A stretch of 64,000 bases of DNA. Source: Hydrolagus affinis. Lineage: Eukaryota. The notes under the pieces are model-generated. The model worked only from the letters and a program-made list of their open reading frames with translations. It ran no database searches and was not told the origin of the DNA. The DNA lies in the NCBI GenBank assembly GCA_012026655.1, contig JAAILG010000925.1:1-64000 (forward strand), given 5' to 3'. Each line of letters opens with the position of its first letter. Positions within the stretch are counted from its first letter, which is position 1. The position numbers and the translations under genes are program-made. Positions 49,038 to 62,016 of the stretch are shown here, piece after piece.

Positions 49038-51769
49038 CTCCCCTTCCATTCATTGTAGCCTCGGTGTCCCAGGAATAGGACAGAGGCCTCAGACTTTAAG
49101 CATTGTGTATGGACAGTGCGCAGTATGGGATCAAGCTGGGTTGTGGCACTTTTCATCAGTTGGACTGATTGCCAACACTGGCATCCATCACACACACACA
49201 CACACACAAAGCACAGACACTTTGGAAAGACATCAGACCGTCTTGTTGTCCCTGTAACTTGATCCTATTGTGAATCAGCATCTTGAGGAGAGGAGAGGTG
49301 TCCATACTGGCGCCTTTCATTAATGAGCTCCTGAGTAGGACACAAGCCTACCATGCAGATAGAAGCAAACACTGCGCACTGCAGGTTATGCAAGTAAATG
49401 GAGAGCGTGACATTAAGCCCAGCCTATATTTGTTATCATCAGAGCCATTGAAAGCTTTGGGCGGTCCAGGAAACAAATAAAATATCCTGTGGGATGAGAC
49501 GTGGACCTAGGCACACCAAGCACGCAGCAACCCGCACTACGTAACCGGTAGAGATCAAGATTGGAAAGATTTAGGTACCATTTGCTGCATGCGCTTACCA
49601 TGGCATAGCAACTCAATGGGTCTGATTGATCAGAACTACCTACTGGACTGTCAACAACTGGATAAAATAATGGAGAACACCCTGGCTCGTTATTTCAAGT
49701 AAATCAGGTTTAAAATGAGCACCTAATCTGTTTTCTCTCATTAGGCTGTAATGCCTGTTCTGTTTGCACAATCCCAATCACTTCCACAGTTCTCTTTGTA
49801 AACAAAGGACAAAATAAAAACACAAAAGTGTTCCAGACGAGCCCAGGACGATTCCATCAGGGCAAATTTATAGCCGCTGCTGGGTGAGTGTAAATCACTG
49901 TATTGTGGGGCCGGACTGCTACATGATGTTGGTACTGAAGATTTCCGAAGTGACTGGAAAGAGATTTTAGTCATGTTAAGTCTGACGCACATTTGGTAAT
50001 GTTGATAGAGGTGCATTGAGTGACTCCACATTCAATGGCAGCCACTGCATTGACTGGTTGTTTAGACTGGGCAGTGCATTTCCTGTTTGTGCTTCTTCTG
50101 AATGTTTTCCCACACTGCTATACAAGCTTCTGTTTACCGTCTTTATCAGCTCATCTCTTCTCTGCGTTGCTTTTGTTTCCTTGAACCTTGATACACCCGT
50201 CCTCCCCCAACCCCTCCTCCCATCCACCACCCCCCTTCCTCTTTTTCTCCTACAACCCAAAGAAATCACTGCAAGTATTACTACTTTGTATCTGCACTAA
50301 GCCCTGCTGAATGCATCACAGATCAGTCAGGAAGCCTGTAAATGCATTGATACTTAATAATAATCCTTGTATTTGGTATAGTGCCAATAATGGTTAAATG
50401 TCTTACTGGCTGCACTACCTGCTGTGAATTGCAGTGCAGCTAATTTGCACATAGCAGGACCCACAAATAGCCATGAAATGTACAACAAAATGATGTGGAG
50501 GGCTGTTGGCCAGGACACTGGGAAGAACTCCCTTTTCTTTTTGAATTCAACATTTGGATGCTATTGAACAGGCGGAGCCACAACCTGCCTTTTTGCATTG
50601 TTGGGTAGAACCAACACAACAAACCGATGTAGCCTCTTGAGAAAATAAAGTGCGTAACGAGGCGTTGTCCTCAACAGCCCTTCTTCATGAATTAATTAAA
50701 ATTACTGCTGGGTAGTGGATACCAAACAAATCCTTTAATAAAATTCCAGGAAGTGACCACACAAACCCAGGAAACAAAAACTACTGAGTTGTAAGGGAGG
50801 GAAGAGGCAGGGGCGGACAGAGAGGCACGAAAGAGACTCTCACTCTCTCATTCAGGATTAGATCTAATTTTAGACCAAACTATAAACATCAAGCTAATAG
50901 TATTAGTGAAAACAGGCAGCAAAGCAAAACAAGCTAGAAGACTGGATCAAAAGAGAAAATAGGTCTACACTGCTGTGACAGGAAAGCAAACCACCTCATG
51001 GAATCAGCCCCTCACAGTCTACAGAAGATACAATGAGAAATTGTTACATTCAAGACACAATTGCATTTTACAAACCAGGAAAAAGTAGCAAAAGGAAATA
51101 AAGTGCCAAAAATAGGAGATGCCTGTCAGGTGACCAGACTCCTGACCTTTGGGGGTTTGCGTTGAGGAGAAAAAGGTGTGACTTTAACCCCAAGAATTTG
51201 ACATCCGCTAAGATGCTTAGCATCAACCCTTTCACTCACGTGGGCATAAGATTGCTGGGAGAACTGCAATTTTACATAAATGATGTACCTGGAGATGTTT
51301 GCAGGCACATCAAGTGGTTGGCATGCTCTCCTCGAAAGCAAGAGAACCGGGGTTCAATTCCCGGGCAGGTGAAAACTTAGTCAATTCATTTTACAGTATA
51401 TTCTGCGAAGCACTTTAACCATTGATATGGTTACAAAATTGTCAGTTGCTCTCCAATAACTCACCTAAGTGGTCAACCTTCAATTGCAGGTCTAAAGAGT
51501 CAGCAAGCAATGGAACACTGTTTATATTTAAATATGTTTGTATGAGCATGTGATTGGAGTTGATCAGCTGGGGGAGCAGTGGAGAAAGAAGGAAGGAGTG
51601 TCCAATCTCATCCTCACCTCAAATCCACACTTTACACTTTCCAGCAGGGGTCACTGGAGAGGTCCTTTTTTCTAGAAGATCAAAAGCTTTGATATTACTT
51701 GCAGCGCACTTTTTTTTGGAGCTTCAGTCACAGAATAGCACAGGTGAAATTATATTCATTTAGTATAAA

Positions 51770-52010
51770 AATAATCCTTGCATTTGATATAGCGTTTCAT
51801 GTCTTCTAGATGTCTCAAAGCACTGCACAGTAAAGTACTGTAAAGTAAGTTGACTGAATAATTGTGGACGAAACGAGGCAGCCCATTGTACACAGCCGTG
51901 TCCCACAAACAGTCGTGGATTGAGTAACCAATTTATTACTGTTTTTTTCTTGAGGGATTATTATTAGGGTGTGGAGTGAGTAAAGTTGCCCAAGGTTTCA
52001 CCCTGACCTG
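51770..52010 (-). mobile_element. tRNA-derived SINE, 5'-truncated
   Basis: Reverse complement of the family body and tail (ataatccttgcatttgatatagcg ... ttgcccaaggtttc). Confidence 0.82.
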
Positions 52011-52046
52011 CTAACTTTTTCTGCTCTAGAAATTTAAGATCAAGTT

Positions 52047-52333
52047 ATAATAATAATATAATCCTTGCATTTGATATAGTGCTTTTCACATTTTATCAAC
52101 GTCTTATATATTTGTGGGCAAATCGCGGCAGCCAATTGCGCACAGCAGTGTCCCACAAACAGTCATGGATTGAAAGTGCCCAATTTTTATTGTTAAGTTT
52201 TTTTTGGATGGATTATTATTAGGCGCGTGGAGTAAGGAAACTTGCCCAAGGTTTCTCCCTGATCTGGCTGGATTCAAACACAGGTCTCACGCTTGTACAG
52301 CGAATGCTCAAACCACTGAGCTACAAGAGCTCC
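52047..52333 (-). mobile_element. tRNA-derived SINE, near full length, in tandem with the previous copy
   Basis: Includes the head (aaccactgagctacaagagctcc) and (TAA)n tail; small internal deletion. Confidence 0.88.
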
Positions 52334-53879
52334 ATGTGTAAAGTTACACATTAAGTCAATGAAGATTGAAGTGCATGGGTGGTGTATGTTTGAGAGCTGG
52401 TGTACACCATTCAGTTAAAGAAACCACCATCTTTCACAAGCATTGGATATCAGATCTGGGTTTGGAGCAGGAGCACAATTTCCACCCTCGTGAGTCCTGA
52501 GGATCCCTCGATTATGATGAAAATCATGATGAAAAGACGCAAGAGAGCATTCGCACAGATCAGCACGTCGTAAAGCATACTTCCACTTTGAGTTCACATT
52601 TCCTTCCCGTCCTTTGTCAACACAAGTTTGAATCAAAATAAAATCAAGGGGATTTTTTTTAAGTTAGATATATTAGTCCACCTCACTCATATGCTATCAG
52701 CCTGTCATTTATCTAAGAGCACGGATGGCTTCGTTAGGATATCCGTATAGGTTCCAACACCACAGATTGGCTCAGTTTATTATTATTTCATAATGATAAT
52801 ACTTGCATTTGGCAGAGAGCTTTAAGTCAAGAGGACATCTCAAAGTGCTTCACAAGATAAGATTTACTCACTAGTCCAATTAATTAATAGTAACCCTAAC
52901 ATTTGATGTAGCACTTCATGGGAATTTACCATAAATTGTGGTGGCTGTGTATTTTATCTGTAGACTATATTTTGGGGATATCATTGATTAAATAATAAGA
53001 TTCTGAAACTGTAACAATCGCTGCCTCTCTCTGATCAGTTCTTTGCAGATGACCCAAAGACCAACCATCCCCACAGGGTTTCCCCCGAAAAGAAAACTTC
53101 CGCAGCTGACCTTCAGTCTACACAAGCGTTCAGCACTTGGCTGCACAATCCATCATTGCAAAGAGGGAACAGTTGTATAGGTCACGAATGGCAGGGCTGC
53201 CATGAACTCTTGCACAACAGCTAAAAATAAAAGGCTTTTTGCAAATGGCTTTAGGAGGGGAAAAAGCCATAAGACACACGAGTGCATAATGCCGGGTTCA
53301 ACTGGGGTACTAACAGGTCATATATACACACACACAGAACCTTTAAATACATGACACTAGGATAACATAATCTACAAAAATGGGAATTTCAGTGTTCCCA
53401 CTCAAATCCAGTTAACTATTTACAGAATAAAACACATTAGAAGGTCTAAATCGGCAGTATTTCGTAATTAGGTTACATCACGTTGAATAATAGTACAATT
53501 CCCAATCACCTGCTTTCCAGTTGTGGTGGGAGAGGGGAGGTCCAGCTTGATGTTCAGTATGTTGTTATATATTCAATGTGATCATCACATATTGTGAAAA
53601 TTAATATTTGTCATCTTCTTGTATAATATTGCTATCTATCATTGTCTAACTGCTGAGTCAGTGTTTATATACAACCACCCTAGTGTTGCACACAAACAGT
53701 GATTCACTGTAACAGTGTAAGTGGAACCACTCCTAAAAGAATAATCCTAATACTCCTTACATTTGGTATAATGTCTTTCAGGTCAGCAGGGCATCTACAC
53801 AGGATATAACGAAAATTGTACTGACTGTGTACACACACCCAAGTCACCCACCCAAACACCATTATACCAATTCACTGCT

Positions 53880-54625
53880 AGATCCAGAGCAGATCAACTT
53901 CAAGATCCTCACTCTAATGTTTAAATCCCTCCACGCCTTGGCAGCCCCCTCCACACCCCCCCACTACCCCCGTCTCTTCAACCTCCTCACAGCACTACTC
54001 ACTGCCTCTGCTCCATGGGCTCCAACATTGTTAGGTGCTCTGGGGCGCTGTCCGGTGTGGAGGGCGCTATACAAATGCAAGTTGTTATGTGGAATCACTC
54101 CTATTATCACATTTACATATGCATACAACAATTATTCTGATTCGCTATTAGATCCAGCCAGGAATAAAATTGAATTAAGAGTTTCTTATGATGTGTGAGG
54201 GATATTTCAATGCACAAATTGCCTGCTATTGTCCCTGATAGAATTCAAGATCCTCACTCTTGTGTTTAAATCCCTCCACTTTTCTGCACCCCACACACCT
54301 CTATACCCTCTCCTCACAGCAGTACCTGCTGCCCCTGCTCTTCTGGGTCTGGCCTCCTCCTTGTCTCCCGAATCCCCCACTCCACTATTGGCGGGCGGCT
54401 ATGCTTTCCATCAGTACACCTGAAACTGTGGAATTCCCTCCCTCAATCTCTCTGCTTCACACCCTCCTTTTGTATTTTCAAGTTGCGCCTGAACACCTTT
54501 CTGTTCGACTGCGCTACATTCACCTTGTCCCTTCCCCTTGGCTCGGTCTCAGGCTCTGCTATTGTAAAGTGCTCTGAGACGCCATCTGGCATGGAGGGCG
54601 CTATATAAATCCAAGTTGTTGTTGC
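53880..54625 (+). mobile_element. Two tandem L2 3' fragments (about 53880-54090 and 54235-54625)
   Basis: Both start with an (EQ)[13 protein letters not shown]-type motif and end GGAGGGCGCTATA.AAAT.CAAGTTGTT. Confidence 0.8.
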
Positions 54626-56309
54626 GCTATGTTAACCCTTGAACACTGATACTCTATAGAAATTTCATTGAAGTGCTTTGTTAATGTTACACTTAATGTT
54701 ACAGGCATTTCATCATTTTTTGTATCAATGAAACAAAAACTGAAGCCAGGGAAATATTTTAGAAAAGTTTGTGAAGGAGAAAGGTTTTACTTTTTAAAAT
54801 AATAATTATTTTATTGTAGAGAAAGATAGATGAATGCCTGGGGTAGGTGCTGAGCTACAGAACCCCCTCTGTAGGACAGGAGAAACACGCATTAGGAAGA
54901 AGTTAGAAAATGATGACATCAGGAGGTTGCTTGATGGGGTATTAACAACTGGTGAAGTGCTGTGAATGGGAGGTTTTACAAAACAAAACAAAAGAGACAG
55001 CTGAAAGAAGGTGTGAAATTCCACTAGAGCTCGTTTAAAGAAAGAGGAAAATCTAAACTGGAGGCTGCAGAGTGCAGAACACAACTCAGGTCTGAAGAAG
55101 TTAAAAAGTCAATATTGAGCCTTAGGGGATTACTGATCCTGTGCTGAAATAACTGATCTCAAGATAATACTTGATGTCCACCTTTCACATCACAGGAACA
55201 TGTCATAGGAAGTGTATTTTGTAGGTAAAGAGGGAGAGGTACTAGGACTCTCAACAATCAGTCTCTGTGGCCCTGGGTTAAAAAGGAGAAAATGAGTGAG
55301 GAAGCGGAGAAGGGGAGAAAACAGAGCTTACAGTTTGCTGGATTTAAAAAAAAACTAGAATGATCTTGCATTTGTATACCACTTTCAAACCGCCTCAATG
55401 TATTTTACAATAATTGACGAGTGTAGCTGATTATTTTTTGTAGGCATTTCAGTCGCTGTTCATGGGATTTTTTTTAAAACATGAAGTGTAATTTGTTATT
55501 GTTGCTGCAAGCAGAGTGACTTCTTGAAGTCAAGCTTGTGTCTGAATGCATGAACAGAGGACATGAAGGCTGATGAGGAAAAGTGTTTTTTTTACAAAGA
55601 GAGAGACAGCAAACACTGCACAGCTACATGAAAGAATGTTTTATCATCTGGTATCTTAGCAAATGAAACTACTGAATAATGCACTAAACCCTGGCTAGCC
55701 AGACTAATGTGGGGGGGTGGGGGTGATCCAGATAAGTGAGCCGAAATTTCCGCCTAAGTGCAATTACAATACTAGTATTTAACATCTCTTTCCAGCGCCT
55801 GCTTTCCTCAATGTTGAAAAATGGTGATAACTGTAATGGTTTGAATGATGGGAGCAGAAGATAGTGAAGAAGGTATCTTCTGCTTGAGGGATTCAAAGTC
55901 GATATCCCTGGCCACTGAAGGTCAGCAAGAACAGTGAGTTGTGGGGTGTGATAGGGGTGGACAGGTAGGAATAGAAATGCACATGGCCTAGTGGAATTAT
56001 TTACTTATTTTAAATTTCACTTTCATGCCTGGTCCAGATAGGTACAAATTCCAGATTCCTAGGGTCTAGCAAGGCAGGGGTTTACTGCTGGCACTGACAT
56101 ACTGCATCATCAAGTCGAAACACCTCAGAACACTTCAATATTTTACTTGTTGCTGCAGGTATGCTTGTCCCACTTGCAGTAACAGCAGCTGAACTGTGGA
56201 CAGAAAAACAGTAACTACACATGGCAAATATGTTGAAATTTAGACTTTCAGCATACATTTTCAGGCAAATGCAGCGGTCCAGTTACACAAACAATAATGT
56301 CCCACAAAC

Positions 56310-56640
56310 AAGCACAACAACAACTTTGATTTATTTAGCGCCCCCCACGCCGGATGACGTCTCAGAGATAAATGACCAATTGTTTATAACTGGCGGACTG
56401 TTGGTCAAGACATCGGAAGAAACTCTGTCCACTTTTTTGAATGTCATTAGCTCTTTAACATCCACCTAAGCAAGCATGCATGCAAGACACCTTAAGCAGG
56501 ACCAAACAATATAGGTTCCCCCAGGTCTTCATTGCAGTATCAGCATAGAATATAAACTCAAACTCTCAATGTGGAGTTTGGACCCAGAACCTCTTGGCTA
56601 GGAGTTTTAGAGTACTACCAAATGAGCCAAGATGACCCCC
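56310..56640 (-). mobile_element. Old Deu-domain SINE retaining a degenerate tRNA-like head
   Basis: Minus strand begins TTGGCTCATTTGGTAGTACTCT...GAGGTTCTGGGTCCAAACTCCAC and includes GGTGGATGTTAAAGAG; L2-type tail at about 56310-56360. Confidence 0.55.
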
Positions 56641-59411
56641 AACAGAACAGAAAGCAAAATATGGGAACTGCAGATCAGCTAGCAACAACATACATTATTG
56701 TTCAGGATCATAATCCTTGCCTTTGACAAAGCAAATATCATGTGAAAATATCTCAAAGTGCTTCACAGATAATAACTGTAGAGTGTAATGACTGTACATT
56801 TGTAGGTAAACACAATTTGTGTCCAGCCAAAGCAGGAATGAAGACTAGGCCCCACCCCCCCCTCCCTTCCCTAACAAGACTCATAGACCCCAATTTTGAG
56901 CCCAAGGCTTGAGGTGGGTCCCGAGGGCTCATCTACAAAGCCTTGGCTCGACACAATGGCCGTCAGATTGCACAGAACGTGCACTGAAAGCTGGTGTCTC
57001 TGTTGGTAAAAGAGGGTAACGAAGAGCAAACAGAAACCCTTATTTTTCCATCAAAAAGGAAAAAAGGATGCCAGAGATTGATCACAAGTCAAACAGTGGG
57101 TTTGATAGTTCTTGTAATTACAGGACATAGTTGCTCCTGCTGGGCAGCTGAAGCCGGAGGCCTGCTGACTGCAGACAGATTAGCCACCACTTCCATTCAG
57201 ACCACCATTTGGGTGTAGACAGATCCATGCAGGGACAGACAAGACACAAAAAGGCACTGCATAATCAAACTGCCCTCAAGAGTGAAAAGAACTCCCTGAA
57301 TCCAAATTCATTAACACGTGAATATAGGATAATTGGACCCATTCTCCACCCTAGCCTAAAGAGAAAGCTATTTCAGGAAAGGCCATCATTTATACACTGC
57401 TCTACCCCACAAGTTGGAAACAATGCTGCGCAATATCTTTCACAAATCCCAAACTTGTGGCAGGGGCTCGGGAGCCATTTATGACCTACGAGCAGGGAGA
57501 AAACAACCTGCATCTTTATAACACCTATGAACGCTGACATGCCTCAAAACACCTCACAGAATTTCCGTTACATACAATGACAAGGAATGACGACGTTGAG
57601 TAGGTACGCCAAATTGGTAACAAACTAACTACATTGATGTAGACTCCTTCATGTGGAATAATTTCTCAGAGTGCTGTAAGTGTGTGTGTGTGTGGGGGGT
57701 GGTGGGGGGAAGGGGAGGGGGGGCTGCGGGGGGTGTTGTTGCAGTAACTATAAGGGAGGTTCAAGTCCAGTTGTGACTTGAATGAGGTGGACGGAGTGGT
57801 GACTTGAGTGAGACACATGGAATAGGTATCTGGAGCCCCAATATAAAAGCGGCATTAAAGAAGCAAAGTGTCTCTCAAGTTTATTTCTATGGCCTGCACT
57901 TAGGGTAAAAAAGGTAAACAGGTATCAATGCTTTCTCACATCATCTGCTTTCTGCCCTGCTACTGAACAAAGCTGTTTAAGCAAAAGGACCAGGCGATTG
58001 ATTAATGAAGTAACCTATACAGCCAGCACTAGTCGATCTTGCTCCCTCTTTTTGTGTCCTCATCAACAGCTCAGGAAGAAACTGATACCATGTTGTGTTC
58101 ACACGGGCTGTTCAAAAGCAATTTGCGAATTAAAGACATGCTGACTACTTCCCTTGCATTCCTCTTCCCATCCTCATATAAATATTTATCAACCATTAAA
58201 GAGGCTTCCTCTTGTTAGACTTTGCAACTTACCTATTCTGAGCTGAACCCCATCTTTTAACAGCTCAAGTCTCCTAGAATCACACATCACCCTCCACAAT
58301 GGGTGCTAAGCCCTGAACAATAATGCAGAGACGGCAGAATGAAAGATTAGGAGCCAGTATCAATATTTGCCATTTACTGAGCTTGTTGATTGTTTAGTTA
58401 ATTTAGAAGTACATCAAACCAGTAAACTCTGAATACGTTAACACATGCGCTCTGAATATGGTCACACTTGCACCCAGTAGGTTCCACAATATGGAAAGTG
58501 CTAAGGTTTTCATTTATGCTCTATTCGTGTCCGTGAGTTGAAAGATTGGTATGGATACATGACTCATTGCCTTTCCCTTTCTCATTGTCGGGTGGTTCTT
58601 GTGACGGACTTCTGATGCTACATTTGCACAGAGATGTGCGCTACCCGTAGAGGCCTCGGCCAGGACGAAAAGCACAGAATTTCTGAGATAACTATGTAAA
58701 CAATACTAACTGGCAATTGTGACTTACTCTCTCTGAAAGTGCTGCCGCATGCTGAGGGTATTGTTCCACAAGCTCCAGGCACTCTCCAATATGTTATCTT
58801 CTCCCTTACCCCCCCCAACCCCAAATACCTATTCTCCTTCCATTTGTATTTGTTGCAGTGCCTGTAATGCTCATGTGTCTCAAAGGCTTTGCAGGTAATT
58901 GCTGAGCAGACATCAATGTCCCATAAACAGTGGTGTAATGAATGACCAATTTATCTGGGTGATTGTTGGCCTGAACATTGGGAGAAACTCCCATTTTCTT
59001 TTAAAATCGTGTCACAAGATTTTTAACGTCCATCTGAACAGGCAGATTGATTTTGGTTTCATCATTCAAATGACAGTATTATCTCTGATACTTTTGACTG
59101 ACCCAGGGCTCACAAAAGTAATTTTGTTGTTGTTGCTGCTGCGCTGGTGTGTTAGCTGTCTGAGATTTGAACCTGGTATATTCCTGTACTGTATAACTCA
59201 GTTTTACACAAGGCAACACTTTACTAAATGTACCAGTAGAGACGAGTTATGTAGATAATTTTAGAATAGGGCATGGTCTCTTGCTGTTTAAAACAAGATT
59301 CTGAATGTGTAAATACATTTGATGCAGTGCAACACCAAAACAAAATCTAATTATCTACTGAGAAATTAAATTGTATTTGGTAGCTTCTACTTACAACACG
59401 GACAATAGATT

Positions 59412-59730
59412 GGAGCTCCTGTAGCTCAGTGGTTAGAGCACTTGTCTTGCAACCCGGGGAGATCTGTGTTCGAATCCAGGCAGGTCAGGGCGAAACCTTG
59501 GGCAAGTTTCCTTACTCCACACGCCTAATAATAATCCGTCCAAAAAAAACCACAATAATAAAATTGGTCATTTCAATCCACGACTTTGTGGGACACTGCT
59601 GTGCGCAATTGGCTGCCGCAATTCGCCCACAAATATACAGTCAATTCACTTTACAGTATATTCTGTGAAGCGCTTTGGGACATCGATAAGATGTGGAAAG
59701 CGCTATATCAAATGCAAGGATTATTATATT
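59412..59730 (+). mobile_element. tRNA-derived SINE, full length
   Basis: GGAGCTCCTGTAGCTCAGTGGTTAGAGC...GTTCGAATCC...CCTTGGGCAAGTTTCC...TGTGAAGCGCTTTGGGACATC...AAATGCAAGGATTATT. Confidence 0.9.
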
Positions 59731-61273
59731 ATATAGAATTATTCTAATAATCAGAACATCTCAGTTGTGGGGACATGGAGGACAGTTTGACCCCACAGAT
59801 CAGTTCTCGTCATTGCCATGAACTACAGTTCGTAAAACTTCCTAAATGTTTCAAAAAAAAAGGCAAATAAAAAAAACTTTGAAGCTATTAATTTAGGTTT
59901 GTTTTAAAAACATCATTAGAATGCCACTCTTGCAAACTGAAAGTTAAAGTAAAATGTGCAATAAGGATGTAAAACTAGATATGGCTACCAAGCAGCAAGT
60001 ATCTTTGCAGATAATGAAAGGTTTCAGGCTTCAGTGTGGCGAGAGATGGGCATCATTATTTGGCTGCAGCAGAGGAAGGATGGGTGACCTCTCAGGGAAA
60101 TCTTGAAGGTTAACTCTGGGGGTGATGAAAGAGTTATCCCAGAGTGCACCCCGCTCTCTGCTCCCCTAGGATCAAAATGCCACTTTTAACATCCACTGAC
60201 CTGCAGGCATTTTGGGATCAGCAAAGGTTAGAAGGTCAGATACTCACACCAAATAGTATCCATTGTCCCCTTTCGCTTTGAATAACAAAGGAAACAAAAG
60301 CTGCTACCTGTGCTTACCACAGGAGATTCGGGGTTTAAATGCTATTTACAGCCACTTCTGCTGGTGACGATGGGCTATTTTCTAAGCAAAATAAAACTGC
60401 ATAGAAATAATGGAAAACAGGTGATGATATCAGTATCCTCTGTCACTTACAGTAACAAGTCCTCTGTCTGAAGTTATTGCAACAGCTTTCAACTTCCTGG
60501 AATAGCTCAGTACTACTTGCTTTCAAATTCTCCAACAGCCACAACCAGATTTACACACATTGCCAGCCCAGGAACAGACAAGTGTTGCCAAAGATAAACT
60601 GTTAAACTCCCCACACTGGGCTGCTCGGTTAAACCATTGCTCGAAACTGAACCAATTGAAGACCTGCAGCTCAGTGGTTACAGCAATCACCTCACAAGCA
60701 AGAGACCGGGATATGATTCCCACAGGGCAAAACGTTGAGCTAGTTTTCTTCCCAGTCTCAAGTCTCTGTTTGTGTTGTTCACTGATGGTAAGGGCTGCCA
60801 GATATCAATAAAAGAACAAGAGCAAGAACACTGACCAATATGTTTGGTGATACTCAAACATATTGATACTCAATGTTATTGAGAATGTTATTTATTACAA
60901 GCATTTACAACATTATACGTCGTGCATCTTGGGATGTTCTGCTGACGGGATAGATGCTCTACAAATGTAAATGTTAGAGTTGTGGGATAGAAGGAATGAG
61001 GCTGGAATTGAGGTTGGCAATAGTGTTGGCATCCATGCACTGCTATCCACATCAGCAACAACTCAAATCAGGGGGCTTGCAGTCGCCACAGCTTAGGGAA
61101 TAATTTGTAGAAATAGTTTCAGTCACAAAATGTAGTTAAATGTGTTCCAGTATCTGACCTCCATTTACCAGTATAAATTAGGTCATGTTTGATTGGCACA
61201 AGATTTGGGGGTTTATGGCAAAATCGGAACACACAACTTCAACATACATCTCCCTGGCCAGTGGAGTAATATG

Positions 61274-61575
61274 ACAACAACAACTTGGATTTATATAGCG
61301 CCCTCCACGCGTCTCACAACGCTTCCCAATAACGGATCCCAAGGCCGAGCCAGGGGGAGGGGGAAAAACAGGTGACCAAAAGCGCGGTTGAAAATAAAGA
61401 TCTTTAGCCGAGACCTGAAAATAGGAAGAGGGGGTGAGGCAAAGGGAGTGAGGAAGGGAGTTCCAGAGCTTCGGGACGTAGTGGCTGAAGGCATGGCCGC
61501 CGATGGTGGTGTTGAGGATTCAGGGGACAAGGAGGAGGCCAGCCCCGGTAAAGCGAAAGCAACGGGTGCTGTTCT
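61274..61575 (-). mobile_element. L2 LINE 3' fragment
   Basis: FRSRLKIFIFNRAF and tail acaacaacaacttggatttatatagcgccctccac. Confidence 0.8.
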
Positions 61576-62016
61576 CTTAAAAACAATACAAACAGGAGCT
61601 TTAAGCCTGAGAGATTAAAGAAACAAAAGTGAGGTGCTTGGCAGCCGATCAAAGTGAAAATATTTGCCTGCCAATCACAAAATGCTAAAATCAACCACAG
61701 GTTGTGAAACACCGTTGCATTTACATACAACAAAAACACATGATACAGCTCCCTTCACACAGGGTAGCATACAAGACCGCTTACCAAGTGAAAATCCTTC
61801 ATGCTCCATCTAGGCTAAATGATTTTTTTTTTAGGGAATTTAAATAAAAACTCCAGTCTCACAAATCAGTCATCATTTTAAATGTGTAAAAAAGTTTTAC
61901 AGCAAAATGCAAAATAACACTTGGGAATAGGTTAAAACTATGAATACCTCTCATCAGATAAGGTTTCTACAACACCCAGCATTTTGCATTCAGTTTTCCT
62001 AATCCTCCTTCTACAG

